Shown: positions 46,234 to 58,790, counted from the stretch's first letter. The stretch is 64,000 bases of DNA from Omnitrophica WOR_2 bacterium RIFOXYA2_FULL_38_17 (GCA_001805965.1 MHHG01000006.1:3741-67740); one strand, 5' to 3'. Notes: generated by a model not told the origin, from the letters alone. Numbers and translations are program-made.

Positions 46234-46680
46234 ATGAGCGAAAATAACAATGATTTCCAAGAAAAAGTAGAGAACGACCAGGATAGTGCTAAGAATCCCA
46301 AAGAGCAGGGAGGACCGAAAAAGGTTAAAATTATTTGTGATGCTAAAACAGAGCGCAATTGGGCGATGTTCTGCCATTTAAGTGCCTTGAGTTGTTTTTT
46401 AGGTGTGCCTTTTGGGAATGTCCTTGGGCCTTTGATTCTTTGGCTAGTAAAGAAAGATGAGCTTCCGGTTGTTGATGTTGAAGGAAAAGAGGCATTGAAC
46501 TTCCAGTTATCTATGACTATCTATACGATGGTCGCATTTATGTTATGTTTCTTTTTAATAGGATTTCTTTTGGTATTCCCGATAATTATAGCTAATCTTG
46601 TTCTTGTTATTGTGGCGGCGATTAAGGCAAGTAACGGAGAACATTATGAATACCCTTTTACAATTAGATTTATAAAATAG
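46234..46680 (+). CDS. DUF4870-family membrane protein with acidic N-terminal extension (paralog of 15405..15728)
   Basis: Block NWAMFCHLSALSCFLGVPFGNVLGPLILWLVKKDELPVVDVEGKEALNFQLSM, then TM helices. Confidence 0.55.
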   Translation: MSENNNDFQEKVENDQDSAKNPKEQGGPKKVKIICDAKTERNWAMFCHLSALSCFLGVPFGNVLGPLILWLVKKDELPVVDVEGKEALNFQLSMTIYTMVAFMLCFFLIGFLLVFPIIIANLVLVIVAAIKASNGEHYEYPFTIRFIK

Positions 46681-46780
46681 CCCATTTTATCTTAAAACTT
46701 TGGCTGGTAAAAGGAGACAAATAGCTCAAAGTTATTGTTTTTTAACATCTTATTAGAAACTAAAAAATATTCCTTAATAA

Positions 46781-47047
46781 ATGATAGCTCATATTTTATA
46801 TTCAGGAAGGGTCCAGGGAGTCGGCTTTCGGTATACTGTGCATAGGTACGCTCTTGATCTTGGGCTTAAAGGCACAGTAAGGAATTCGGCTGCGGGTGAT
46901 GTCGAGATATATGTTCAAGGGGCGCAGGATGATATTGACAAAATGTGTTCTTTGATCGAAAGGCATTTTGATGGGTACATTAGTAACAAGGAGATCAGCT
47001 ATTCAAAAGAAGATAAGGTCTACCATGACTTTAGGATAACTTTTTAA
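46781..47047 (+). CDS. acyP: acylphosphatase
   Basis: 88 aa. VQGVGFRY and GxVRN motifs. Confidence 0.85.
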   Translation: MIAHILYSGRVQGVGFRYTVHRYALDLGLKGTVRNSAAGDVEIYVQGAQDDIDKMCSLIERHFDGYISNKEISYSKEDKVYHDFRITF

Positions 47048-47055
47048 TTAATGAT

Positions 47056-47781
47056 ATGAAATACGGGATAATTTCAGATATTCATAGCAACCTTGAGGCT
47101 CTTAAGGAAGTATTAGCCGCATGTCAGAAGGAGAGGGTCGATAAATATCTATGTGTTGGTGATATTGTAGGCTACGGACCTAATCCTAAAGAATGTATTG
47201 ATATAGTGCAGTCTTTAGGGGCTGTTTGTGTTGCAGGCAATCATGACTGGGCTTCAATAGCGAAACTGGATGCTTCATATTTTACGCCTGATGGCAAGGA
47301 AGCTATTGCCTGGACTAGAGAACATTTGACCATGGAAAGCTTCACTTTTCTTAATAGCTTTCCGCTAATTGAAAAAGTGGAGGATCTTATCCTTGTTCAT
47401 GGGACCCTTTTTGAGCCGGAAAAGTTCAACTATCAGAATAATATTGCAGAGGTGCCAGACAGTTTTAATTTAATGGATAAGAACCTGTGCTTTGTTGGGC
47501 ATACCCATTCCCCTAAGGTCTTTGTTCAATTTAAAGATAAAGTCTATGTATCAAGTGAGCGTGTTGTGGAAATTGAGCAGGGGGTAAAATATATTGTCAA
47601 TGTTGGAAGTGTCGGTCAGCCTCGGGACGGGAATCCTTTAGCCTCATTTTGCATATATGATACTGACGCTGAGATTATTGAGATCAAAAGGGTCCGGTAT
47701 GATATTGAAGCGGTCCAAAAAAAGATAATAGACGCAGGCCTGCCCGGTATGCTGGCCTACAGGATTTCGATAGGTATGTAA
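47056..47781 (+). CDS. calcineurin-like metallophosphoesterase (YfcE/MJ0936 family)
   Basis: Metal-binding motifs DIHSN, GDIVGYG and GNHD. 241 aa. Confidence 0.75.
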   Translation: MKYGIISDIHSNLEALKEVLAACQKERVDKYLCVGDIVGYGPNPKECIDIVQSLGAVCVAGNHDWASIAKLDASYFTPDGKEAIAWTREHLTMESFTFLNSFPLIEKVEDLILVHGTLFEPEKFNYQNNIAEVPDSFNLMDKNLCFVGHTHSPKVFVQFKDKVYVSSERVVEIEQGVKYIVNVGSVGQPRDGNPLASFCIYDTDAEIIEIKRVRYDIEAVQKKIIDAGLPGMLAYRISIGM

Positions 47782-50326
<2,545 letters not shown>

Positions 50327-50340
50327 TTTGCAAGGCGTAC

Positions 50341-51228
50341 ATGAAGAATAAAATCGATGAATTTATAAACTACTTGTCTGTCGAAAGAGGATTGGCCAAC
50401 AATACATTGCTGGCCTATAGAAGAGATCTTACCAAATATGCAGAGTTCTCTGAAAAAAAAGGAGTGGATGACGCTCAAAGAGTTAATAGAGGGCATATCA
50501 CCGATTATATGTTTTCTCAGAAACAAAAGGGGCTTTGCGCAAGTTCCATCAGCAGGAATCTGGCTGCTATTAAAACATTTCACAGGTTCCTGGTCCGTGA
50601 AAGGCTGGCGACAGAAGACCCTTCTGACCTGATCGATACCCCAAGGCTTTGGAAAAAAGTTCCTGAGGTCTTAAGTGCCGTTGAGGTGGAAGCCATGATA
50701 AATGCTTCAAAGGGCCGTGGATGGCAGGCTATAAGGGATAATGCAATTCTAGAGCTGTTCTATGCAAGCGGCATGAGGGTTTCAGAACTGGTAAACCTTA
50801 AGGTTGATAATGTGAATATTGAAGTAGGGTATGTGAGATGTATAGGCAAAGGACAGAAGGAAAGGATAATCCCTATAGGGAAAAAGGCGCGTGCGGCTGT
50901 TGAAAAATATTGTCTTTCAGCCCGGCCGAAATTAGCAAAAAAGAATATGACGCTGGTGCTTTTTCTCAGCCGTTTAGGCAAGCAGATAAGCCGGCAGAGC
51001 ATCTGGAAAATAATAAAGCAGTATGCGAAAAAAGCCAAGATAAAGAGAGAGATCAAACCCCACACTTTAAGGCATTCATTTGCGACGCATTTGCTTGAGC
51101 ATGGTGCGGACCTTCGCTCTGTCCAGGAGATGCTGGGCCATTCGGACATTTCTACAACACAAATTTATACTCATGTCGATAAAGAGAGGCTTAAAACCAT
51201 TCACTCACAATTTCATCCAAGGGGCTGA
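50341..51228 (+). CDS. xerD: site-specific tyrosine recombinase XerD/XerC family
   Basis: 295 aa. Catalytic R...HxxR...Y set (RHSFATHLLEHGADLRSVQEMLGHSDISTTQIYTHV). N-terminal SAM-like domain. Housekeeping neighbourhood. Confidence 0.8.
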   Translation: MKNKIDEFINYLSVERGLANNTLLAYRRDLTKYAEFSEKKGVDDAQRVNRGHITDYMFSQKQKGLCASSISRNLAAIKTFHRFLVRERLATEDPSDLIDTPRLWKKVPEVLSAVEVEAMINASKGRGWQAIRDNAILELFYASGMRVSELVNLKVDNVNIEVGYVRCIGKGQKERIIPIGKKARAAVEKYCLSARPKLAKKNMTLVLFLSRLGKQISRQSIWKIIKQYAKKAKIKREIKPHTLRHSFATHLLEHGADLRSVQEMLGHSDISTTQIYTHVDKERLKTIHSQFHPRG

Positions 51229-51235
51229 TATATAG

Positions 51236-52492
51236 ATGACAGATTATTTTAGAAAATGCGATAAAGATGTTTTGAGGATAATAAAAAAGGTGGGAAAGGT
51301 CGCAGATAGGACCGGGATCGATTGTTATATTGTCGGGGGGATAGTTCGTGATCTGGTCTTGGGAAAGAAGAACCTTGACCTGGATATTGTTCTTGAGGGT
51401 GACGCAATTTCTTTTGCAAAAAATGTCAACGAGGATTTCGGGGGGAAGCTAAACACATATGACGGATTCGGCACGGCAAGCGTTATTCTGAAAAATGGTT
51501 TTGTTGTGGATTTTGCCACCGCAAGGAAAGAAAGGTATGCTAAGCCGGGGGCCCTTCCAACAGTTAGAAGGGGTAGTTTAAAAGACGATCTTTACAGGCG
51601 GGATTTTACTATAAATGCCTTGGCAATATCCATAAGAAAAGATAGTTTTGGTGAGCTTGTAGATGAGTTCGGGGGATTGAGGGATATAAAGAGCAAAAAA
51701 ATACGGGTTCTTCATGATAAAAGCTTTATTGATGATCCAACCAGGATCTTAAGAGGTGTCAGGTTTGAACAGAGGTTTGATTTTAAGTTTGAACAAAGGA
51801 CCAGTGAGTTGCTGATAAGGGCCTTAGAAAAAAGGCGGGAAAGGAATGTCAAGGCGCCAAGATATTTTGTTGAGTTCAAGAAATTATTGGCTGAAAATGA
51901 CCCTGTTAAGGGCTTGAAGAGGCTTAAGGTTTTAGGCGGTTTGGATTTTCTGACCGGTAAGAACAAAATAAGCTTTGTTCTTATGTCAAATGTACACAAG
52001 AACATTATAGAGATCAAAAAGAAGGATATTTTCGATAATAAGAACTGGTGGCTGATATATTTTATGTCGATAATTAAAGTGCTGGATGATTTTACGTTTA
52101 ATAATATCCTTGGGAAATTTCATTTTAAAAAAGAGGAAAAAGTTAGTATTTTATACTCAAGGGAAGTTGAGCTCATCATTAAAAGGCTTTCGGAGAAAGA
52201 GATTCTGCCAAGCCAGGTCTACGAAATATTGAACAGGTTAAATGGGGATGTTGTTGTTTTTACAAGGGCTTGTTCGAAGAGCAGCCTGGTTTCATCGAGA
52301 ATAGATAGATACTTAACAAAAGATAGAAATGTTAAATTGAGCATAACGGGCAAAGACCTTAAGGCATTTGGAGTGGAATCAGGCAAAAGGATTGGCGAGA
52401 TCCTTGAAACGGTCCTTTACTGGAAAATCGATAATAATATTAACCTTAAAAGAGAAGAAATAAGTTTAGCTAAACAGCTTGCTTTGCTGTGA
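51236..52492 (+). CDS. cca: tRNA nucleotidyltransferase (CCA-adding) / poly(A) polymerase-family enzyme
   Basis: Pol-beta-like head with GGIVRD and DLDIV motifs. 418 aa. Confidence 0.6.
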   Translation: MTDYFRKCDKDVLRIIKKVGKVADRTGIDCYIVGGIVRDLVLGKKNLDLDIVLEGDAISFAKNVNEDFGGKLNTYDGFGTASVILKNGFVVDFATARKERYAKPGALPTVRRGSLKDDLYRRDFTINALAISIRKDSFGELVDEFGGLRDIKSKKIRVLHDKSFIDDPTRILRGVRFEQRFDFKFEQRTSELLIRALEKRRERNVKAPRYFVEFKKLLAENDPVKGLKRLKVLGGLDFLTGKNKISFVLMSNVHKNIIEIKKKDIFDNKNWWLIYFMSIIKVLDDFTFNNILGKFHFKKEEKVSILYSREVELIIKRLSEKEILPSQVYEILNRLNGDVVVFTRACSKSSLVSSRIDRYLTKDRNVKLSITGKDLKAFGVESGKRIGEILETVLYWKIDNNINLKREEISLAKQLALL

Positions 52493-52507
52493 GATAGGAG
52501 TTTATAT

Positions 52508-52861
52508 ATGAGCAGAATAGAGAGAGTGAACCAGCAGGTAAAAAGAGAGATCAGCCGGATAATACAGCTTGAATTGTCCGATCCCAGGCTTGAATTTGTA
52601 TCTATTACAGGTGTGGAGGTGAGCAAGGACCTTAGAAATGCCCGGGTATATTTTAGCGTTCTTGGCGATGAAAGCAGGGTGGAAGCTGCTGCTACAGGAC
52701 TTAACGGCGCCGGAGGAACAATTAGGGGGTTGCTAAGTAAAAAACTCAATATGCGCAATACGCCGGAACTAAGATTTTACCACGATAAATCGATAGAGTA
52801 TTCCAGCTTCGTCGAGGAAACGTTAAAGGAGATAAATGATGAACATAACAGCGATCAATGA
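52508..52861 (+). CDS. rbfA: ribosome-binding factor A
   Basis: 117 aa. RbfA family (RVNQQVKREIS; VSKDLRNARVYFSV). Confidence 0.85.
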   Translation: MSRIERVNQQVKREISRIIQLELSDPRLEFVSITGVEVSKDLRNARVYFSVLGDESRVEAAATGLNGAGGTIRGLLSKKLNMRNTPELRFYHDKSIEYSSFVEETLKEINDEHNSDQ

Positions 52862-53798
52862 ACTTATAAGGAAGAACAAAAGCTTTCTGGTCACTACGCA
52901 TGTTAATCCTGACCCTGACGGGATCTGTTCTCAGCTTACATTTGCCCAGTATCTAAAGAGCAAAGGGAAAAAGGTCTTTGTTATAAATAATGAGAAGATG
53001 CTGGCAAGATTTCATTTTCTCCCGGGAGTAAAGCAGATAAAGCATTATCAGGAAGGCATGATAAAGAAGTTCGATGTTGCGGTCGTTCTGGATTGTGGTG
53101 AACCAAATAGGGTTGGTAAGGTTAGCAGGCTGATAAAAGATGGAGTGAAGGTCATTAATATTGATCACCATATTACAAACAGTTATTTTGGAGATGCAAA
53201 CCTGGTTGATCTAAAAGCTTCCTCAACTTCCGAGATCGTGTTTGAGTATCTGAAAAAAGTTAAGTTCAAGCTTAATAAGAATATTGCGATCTGGCTGTAC
53301 TCCGGAATCATGACCGACACAGGTTCTTTCCGTTATGAAAATACAACTCAACGCACACATGCTATTACCGCAGAGCTTATGCATTTCAAGTTCTCAGTAA
53401 CCGATATATACCGTCATTTATATGAAATGGTCCCTATCGGGGACCTTCAGGCTTTCACTCAGGTCGTTACGCGCTTTGACGCGCTTTTTGGAGGGAAAGT
53501 CGTTTGTGTGGAGCTGCATAAAAAAGTTTTATCAAAGTTTTCAGATAGCTTTGATCTTCGTGATACAATATTTAAATTTTTAAGGGCCATTAAAGGTGTA
53601 GAGGTATATGTAATATTAACTGAGATAGGTCGCAATAAGACCAGGGTTAACCTGAGGTCTTCAAGGAAATTTGATGTTGCAAGGCTTGCGAATGTTTTTG
53701 ACGGCGGCGGTCATAAAAGGGCGAGCGGGTGCGCGATAGATAAAAATATAAAAGATGCAAGGACCAAGATAATTAATCAAATAAAAAAGAGCTTATAA
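52836..53798 (+). CDS. nrnA: DHH/DHHA1 phosphoesterase, NrnA-like bifunctional oligoribonuclease / pAp phosphatase
   Basis: DHH motif (NIDHHITN). DHHA1 GGGH motif (FDGGGHKRASG). 320 aa. Confidence 0.75.
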   Translation: MMNITAINELIRKNKSFLVTTHVNPDPDGICSQLTFAQYLKSKGKKVFVINNEKMLARFHFLPGVKQIKHYQEGMIKKFDVAVVLDCGEPNRVGKVSRLIKDGVKVINIDHHITNSYFGDANLVDLKASSTSEIVFEYLKKVKFKLNKNIAIWLYSGIMTDTGSFRYENTTQRTHAITAELMHFKFSVTDIYRHLYEMVPIGDLQAFTQVVTRFDALFGGKVVCVELHKKVLSKFSDSFDLRDTIFKFLRAIKGVEVYVILTEIGRNKTRVNLRSSRKFDVARLANVFDGGGHKRASGCAIDKNIKDARTKIINQIKKSL

Positions 53799-54460
53799 TG
53801 AATGGTATAGTAGTCATAAACAAACCGAACGGGATAACATCTCATGATGTTGTCGACAGGATAAGAAGGAAGTTCCGCATGAAGCGCGTCGGACATGCCG
53901 GGACGCTGGACCCTTTAGCAACCGGGGTTTTGGTCTTGCTGCTTGGAAAATCCACAAAGTTATTTGATAGATTTGTGGATTTTGACAAAGCTTATAGGGC
54001 AACAATGATATTGGGGACAAAGACTATTTCAGCTGATACAGAAGGTGAAATAATTGAAACGAAGGCCTTTAGCCATATTACAGAAGGGCAAATAAAAGAA
54101 GTTTTTGAGAGATTTCAAGGAGATATAGAGCAATTGCCGCCGATGGTCTCAGCGGTAAAAATAGGTGGCAAGAAACTTTATGAGATGGCAAGAAAAGGGG
54201 TGAACATTGAGAGAAAGCCCAGGAATGTAAGGATCGACCGCCTTGATATCGAAGAGATTGATTTTCCGGATGTAAGGTTCTATATGGAATGTTCAAAAGG
54301 CACTTATGTCAGGCAGCTGGCTGATGATGTCGGCGATGCTTTAGGCTGCGGTGCCTGTATATCACAAATTCAGAGAACGAAAGTCGGCCCATTTAATATT
54401 GAAGAAGCGGTAACTATTGAGGATCTAAATGAGGATCATATACGGGATTGGACAGATTAA
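53798..54460 (+). CDS. truB: tRNA pseudouridine(55) synthase
   Basis: Catalytic motif GHAGTLDPLATGVL. 220 aa. Confidence 0.9.
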   Translation: MNGIVVINKPNGITSHDVVDRIRRKFRMKRVGHAGTLDPLATGVLVLLLGKSTKLFDRFVDFDKAYRATMILGTKTISADTEGEIIETKAFSHITEGQIKEVFERFQGDIEQLPPMVSAVKIGGKKLYEMARKGVNIERKPRNVRIDRLDIEEIDFPDVRFYMECSKGTYVRQLADDVGDALGCGACISQIQRTKVGPFNIEEAVTIEDLNEDHIRDWTD

Positions 54461-55370
54461 AAAGCCTTTAAATAGCTCTGTTATGGCTATTGGGGTTTTT
54501 GACGGGGTCCATAAAGGGCACCAGGCGCTTATTAAAAAAGCTGTTTCAAAGGCTAAGCGGCTGGGCACAAAATCAGTTGTAATGACATTTTCACCGCACC
54601 CGGTTTCTGTTCTTCATCCCAAATTCGAATTATCCCTTATCACTTCCCTTGACCATAAGATAAAGCTTATTGAGGCTTTGGATGTTGATATTTTAATTGT
54701 TATTAAGTTTACGAAGCTCTTCGCAGTCCAGTCACCTGACACATTTATTAAAAAATATATTGCTAATAAGCTTAACTCAAAAGAGGTATATGTTGGTGAT
54801 GATTTTCGCTTTGGGAGCGGAAGGACCGGGGAAATTGATTCATTTAAAGCCTTGGCCAGGTCTTATGGATTTAATGTTAATGTTATAAAACTGATCAAAA
54901 ATGATAATGAAAAAGTAAGCAGCTCGGTTATTCGAAATTTGATCAAGAGCGGAGATCTAAATAAGGCTAAAAGGCTTCTTGGCCGTTATGTTGCAATAGA
55001 AGGCAAGGTCGTCAAGGGTGATGCTAGAGGCAGAAAGCTCGGGTTCCCGACAGCAAATATAATTCCGGATAAAGAGATAATACCTCCTCTTGGGGTTTAC
55101 GCGGCTATTATAAGTATTGATGGCAAGCGTTACAGGGGGGTGACAAATGTGGGGTTTTGTCCTGTCTTTAGAAGGAATGCAGAGAATGTAACAGTGGAGA
55201 CCTTTATTTTTGATTTTAATAAGAATATCTATGGAAAAGTCATAGTGATCGCTTTTGTTAAAAGAATACGTGATGAATTGAATTTCAAAACACAGGATAA
55301 ACTTATTGAGCAAATGAAGAAAGATGAATTTAAGGCAAGAAGGATTCTATCAGGGGAGGCATCAATATGA
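54429..55370 (+). CDS. ribF: bifunctional riboflavin kinase / FMN adenylyltransferase
   Basis: N-terminal FAD synthetase domain (GVFDGVHKGHQ) plus a C-terminal riboflavin kinase domain. 313 aa. Confidence 0.85.
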   Translation: MRIIYGIGQIKKPLNSSVMAIGVFDGVHKGHQALIKKAVSKAKRLGTKSVVMTFSPHPVSVLHPKFELSLITSLDHKIKLIEALDVDILIVIKFTKLFAVQSPDTFIKKYIANKLNSKEVYVGDDFRFGSGRTGEIDSFKALARSYGFNVNVIKLIKNDNEKVSSSVIRNLIKSGDLNKAKRLLGRYVAIEGKVVKGDARGRKLGFPTANIIPDKEIIPPLGVYAAIISIDGKRYRGVTNVGFCPVFRRNAENVTVETFIFDFNKNIYGKVIVIAFVKRIRDELNFKTQDKLIEQMKKDEFKARRILSGEASI

Positions 55371-58054
55371 GGCTTAAAACAAGGAATATTGGGATCAGTA
55401 TTTTAGTGTTATTCTTGCTGGATCTAATAAGCTGCAATCTCTCTTTTGCAAAAAACAATGTTCCAAGTACTTATAATGTGCTTGTCATGCAGTCCTATCA
55501 CAGTACCTTGACATGGTCTAAGTCAATAGAACAAGGAATAGAAACATATTTTGAGCATTCAGGTCAGGGCGTTAACTTGCAAATTGAATATATGGATTCG
55601 AAGAGAGTTTGGGATGAGACCTACAAAAAGGTGCTTTATGATATTTATAAATATAAGTATAAGCCAAATGAGTTTAATCTTATCATAAGCGTCGATAACA
55701 ATGCATTTGATTTTCTGGTTGAATATAGGGATAAGCTTTTTGGGAGCATTCCTGTTGTTTTCTGCGGAGTAAATGATTTTCAGGATTCAATGTTAAATAA
55801 TGTGGGGCTTTTTACAGGTATTGTTGAAGATATTAGCTTTAAAGAGACAATTGATGCTGCGCTTTCTCTTCATCCTGAAACAAACAATATAGTTATTTAT
55901 GGGATTGATTCAATAACATATATGGCAAATAAAGCTGCTATCAGGAGAATTGAAGGCGATTATAAGGATAGTGTGAAGTTCACTTATGTAGAAAATGCAA
56001 ATATGGAAATGATAGAAAAACATGCGCATGCCCTAAAGAACGGTAATCTTATCTTGATCATATCCTCCATGAAAAATGCTGCTGGAGTGATTCTTTCTTT
56101 TGAGGACTATTGTTACAGGACAAGCCATGCGGCAAAGGTCCCTGTTTATAGCTTTTGGGATTTTCATGTCGGGCATGGCATAGTCGGAGGAAAAGTTATT
56201 AGCGGAAGGTCGCAGGGAGAAACAGCTGCAAAAATGGCTTTAACTATTCTTAAAGGCGCAGATCCCAGGATGATCCCAGTTATTAAGACCAGTCCTAATG
56301 AATATTATTTTGATCTTCAACAGTTAGAGAGATTTCATATAGATGTTTCCAGCCTGCCTAAGGGAAGTAATGTTGTTAACAAGAAAGTCGGGGTCTATGA
56401 AAAATATTATAATCTGATATTTAAGGTTCTAGGCGTTTTTGTTTTTCTTTTTATTTTGATCTTGCTGTTGATCGTGGATATTGAAGGAAGAAAAAGAACA
56501 GAAATTGCTTTAAGGGCAAGTGAGAAAAAGTTCAGGTCGATCATAGAATCATCAAGCGACTGGATCTGGGAAGTAGATGGCGATGGTGTATATACTTATG
56601 TAAGCCCGATGGTCAAGGATATTCTTGGATATGAGGTTGACGAAGTTCTGGGAAAAACCGTTTTTGATTTTATGAACGATGAAGAGGCGGAAAGGGTGTT
56701 CGAGGTTTTTGATCATATTATTGATAAAAAAGCCAATATGGAATCTGTTGAGAGCACTTGTATCCATAAAAAGGGTCACGAAGTGGTTCTCGAGACGAAC
56801 GGGGTACCGATCCTTGATAACGAAGGACAACTGCGAGGGTATAGAGGTGTTGACCGGGATATTACTAAGCGAAAAAAAGCGGAAAATGAGCTTAAGGATA
56901 GTGAGGAGAAGTTCCATAAGATATTTTATACGGGATCTGCGGCAATGATCATCAGTGATTTTAACTCCGGAGAAATAATCGATGTTAATAATATGTTCCT
57001 TGATAGTATGGGGTATAAAAAGGAAGAGGTCATTGGTAGAACTTCAAAGGCATTGGGGCTTTTTTCGGATTATTCTGACAGGGAAAAAATGAGGAATATG
57101 ATGATCGATAACGGCAGTGTCAGGAATTTTGAGATCAAGGTTAGAACAAAGGGAAATGAAGAACGTTTAGGCCTGTTTTCTGCGGATTTTATTAACATAC
57201 AGGACAAGAAAGCATTATTGTCGATAGTCACTGATATTACTGAATTAAAGAGGTCACAGGAACTTATGATCCAGTCTGAAAAAATGTTGTCTGTGGGCGG
57301 CCTTGCCGCAGGCATAGCACACGAGATCAACAATCCCCTGGCGGGGATCCTGCAGAACATGCAGCTGATAAGGAATCGTTTGAAAAAAGAAAAAGCGGCT
57401 AATGTGAACATTGCCAACGAATTTGGCTTGAACCTCCATGCCCTTGATGAGTATATGCAGCGAAGAGATATTGAAATGATGATGGATCTTATAGTTGACT
57501 CTGGGAAGCGCGCTGCAAAAATTGTTAACAATATATTAAGTTTTAGCCGTAAGTCGGAAGAGGACTTTGCATATAACAATATTGCAAAGCTTTTAGATGA
57601 ATCTGTTGAGCTTGCAAGCAGCGATTATGATCTTAAGAAAAAATATGATTTTAAAAATATAAAGATCATTCGTGAGTGCAAAGATGAGGGTTGCATGATC
57701 CCTTGTGAATTCAGTCAGATACAGCAGGTATTCTTTAATATCTTAAGAAATGGCGCAGAGGCGATGAAATCTACAAAGGACCCTAAATTCATCATTCGGA
57801 TGTATCATAAAAACAATATGTTTGTTATAGAGTTTGAGGATAATGGCCCTGGACTGGAAGAAAGTGTTGCAAAAAGAGTGTTTGAGCCTTTTTTTACAAC
57901 AAAGGCTGTCGGTGAAGGGACCGGCTTAGGCTTGTCTGTCTCATATTTTATTATAGTGGAGAAACATGGCGGGAAGTTGGAGGTTGAATCTGTTTTAGGG
58001 AGAGGAGCTAAATTTATCGTTTCTCTGCCTAAGAATCACGAGAAAATTTCGTAA
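55367..58054 (+). CDS. sensor histidine kinase with periplasmic substrate-binding-protein-like sensor domain, TM, tandem PAS, HisKA and HATPase_c
   Basis: Signal/TM at the N-terminus. About 320-aa periplasmic domain. TM around aa 355-375. Two PAS domains. H-box AHEINNPL. N/G1/G2 boxes (ILRNGAEAM; DNGPG; GTGLGLS). Overlaps the ribF stop by 4 nt. Confidence 0.85.
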   Translation: MRLKTRNIGISILVLFLLDLISCNLSFAKNNVPSTYNVLVMQSYHSTLTWSKSIEQGIETYFEHSGQGVNLQIEYMDSKRVWDETYKKVLYDIYKYKYKPNEFNLIISVDNNAFDFLVEYRDKLFGSIPVVFCGVNDFQDSMLNNVGLFTGIVEDISFKETIDAALSLHPETNNIVIYGIDSITYMANKAAIRRIEGDYKDSVKFTYVENANMEMIEKHAHALKNGNLILIISSMKNAAGVILSFEDYCYRTSHAAKVPVYSFWDFHVGHGIVGGKVISGRSQGETAAKMALTILKGADPRMIPVIKTSPNEYYFDLQQLERFHIDVSSLPKGSNVVNKKVGVYEKYYNLIFKVLGVFVFLFILILLLIVDIEGRKRTEIALRASEKKFRSIIESSSDWIWEVDGDGVYTYVSPMVKDILGYEVDEVLGKTVFDFMNDEEAERVFEVFDHIIDKKANMESVESTCIHKKGHEVVLETNGVPILDNEGQLRGYRGVDRDITKRKKAENELKDSEEKFHKIFYTGSAAMIISDFNSGEIIDVNNMFLDSMGYKKEEVIGRTSKALGLFSDYSDREKMRNMMIDNGSVRNFEIKVRTKGNEERLGLFSADFINIQDKKALLSIVTDITELKRSQELMIQSEKMLSVGGLAAGIAHEINNPLAGILQNMQLIRNRLKKEKAANVNIANEFGLNLHALDEYMQRRDIEMMMDLIVDSGKRAAKIVNNILSFSRKSEEDFAYNNIAKLLDESVELASSDYDLKKKYDFKNIKIIRECKDEGCMIPCEFSQIQQVFFNILRNGAEAMKSTKDPKFIIRMYHKNNMFVIEFEDNGPGLEESVAKRVFEPFFTTKAVGEGTGLGLSVSYFIIVEKHGGKLEVESVLGRGAKFIVSLPKNHEKIS

Positions 58055-58076
58055 ATATCTGTAATTTATAATATTT

Positions 58077-58127
58077 AAGGCGATTGTCACTGATTTGATC
58101 ATGAAAGGTGGCAATCGCCTTTTTTTG
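58077..58127 (+). terminator. rho-independent terminator after the histidine kinase gene
   Basis: 14-bp stem (aaggcgattgtcac / gtggcaatcgcctt, 1 mismatch) with a 17-nt loop, then T6. Starts 23 nt after the stop. Confidence 0.75.
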
Positions 58128-58138
58128 TCCTTATTTTA

Positions 58139-58167
58139 TTGACTTTCTTATTTGTTATATGTATACT
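58139..58167 (+). promoter_or_regulatory. sigma70-type promoter of the dcw cluster / mraZ (TTGACT-17-TATACT)
   Basis: TTGACT at 58139-58144, 17-nt spacer, TATACT at 58162-58167. About 88 nt upstream of the mraZ ATG. Confidence 0.65.
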
Positions 58168-58201
58168 GTGAATTGTAATGGTGTAAAGTGGAGTGAAGTG
58201 G
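58168..58201 (+). promoter_or_regulatory. MraZ-box-like direct repeats (GTGG/GTG at about 5- and 10-nt phasing) just downstream of the mraZ -10
   Basis: gtgaattgtaatGGTGtaaaGTGGagtgaaGTGGtt. The GTGG motifs recur with 10-nt periodicity, resembling the GTGGG-N5 repeats bound by MraZ in E. coli and other bacteria. Confidence 0.45.
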
Positions 58202-58254
58202 TTAACAGGGCAAAAATATTTTGCTTATCTGCTTTTATTATCTGATTCGGAGAA

Positions 58255-58698
58255 TTGATAATGTTTTATGGTGAATTCAAACATAGCATTGATGAAAAAG
58301 GGCGGGTGATACTTCCATCAAAGTTCCGGGATGTCTCCAAGGAATTCTCTATTGAAAAATTCTTTCTTACCCGTGGCTTAGATAAATGTATTTTCATGTT
58401 CAGCGAAAATGAATGGACTATACAGGAAGAGAAGTTCAAGCAGGCCCCTTTCACAAAAAAAGAAACAAGAAGTTTTAACAGGATGTTTTTTGCCGGTGCT
58501 GTAGATGTTTTTCCTGACAAGCAGGGCAGATTCATAATTCCTCAGTATTTAAAAGATTACGCCAGTATAACAAAAGATATTGTCGTGATCGGTGTTTCAA
58601 ACAGGATCGAGATCTGGGATAGGAAGAAGTGGAGTGAATTTTATTCCAATTCCAGTGATTCGTTTGAGCAGGTAGCAGAAAATATTTTAGATCTTTAG
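58255..58698 (+). CDS. mraZ: transcriptional regulator MraZ
   Basis: 147 aa. Duplicated SpoVT-AbrB-like MraZ halves with DxxxR motifs (DEKGRV; DKQGRF). Confidence 0.9.
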   Translation: MIMFYGEFKHSIDEKGRVILPSKFRDVSKEFSIEKFFLTRGLDKCIFMFSENEWTIQEEKFKQAPFTKKETRSFNRMFFAGAVDVFPDKQGRFIIPQYLKDYASITKDIVVIGVSNRIEIWDRKKWSEFYSNSSDSFEQVAENILDL

Positions 58699-58790
58699 TC
58701 CTTATTAATATATCTCTTACAGCATAGGGAATTTATAAATTTTCCTACTCGTTAGTAAAAATATACGAGGCAATAGCCGGATTTTTAATT

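Noticed and set aside
50341-51228. Tyrosine recombinase as a marker of a mobile element.
   Set aside because: It has XerC/D-type motifs and size, no flanking repeats or cargo genes, and sits between ligA and cca/rbfA housekeeping genes. This is most likely the chromosomal dimer-resolution recombinase.
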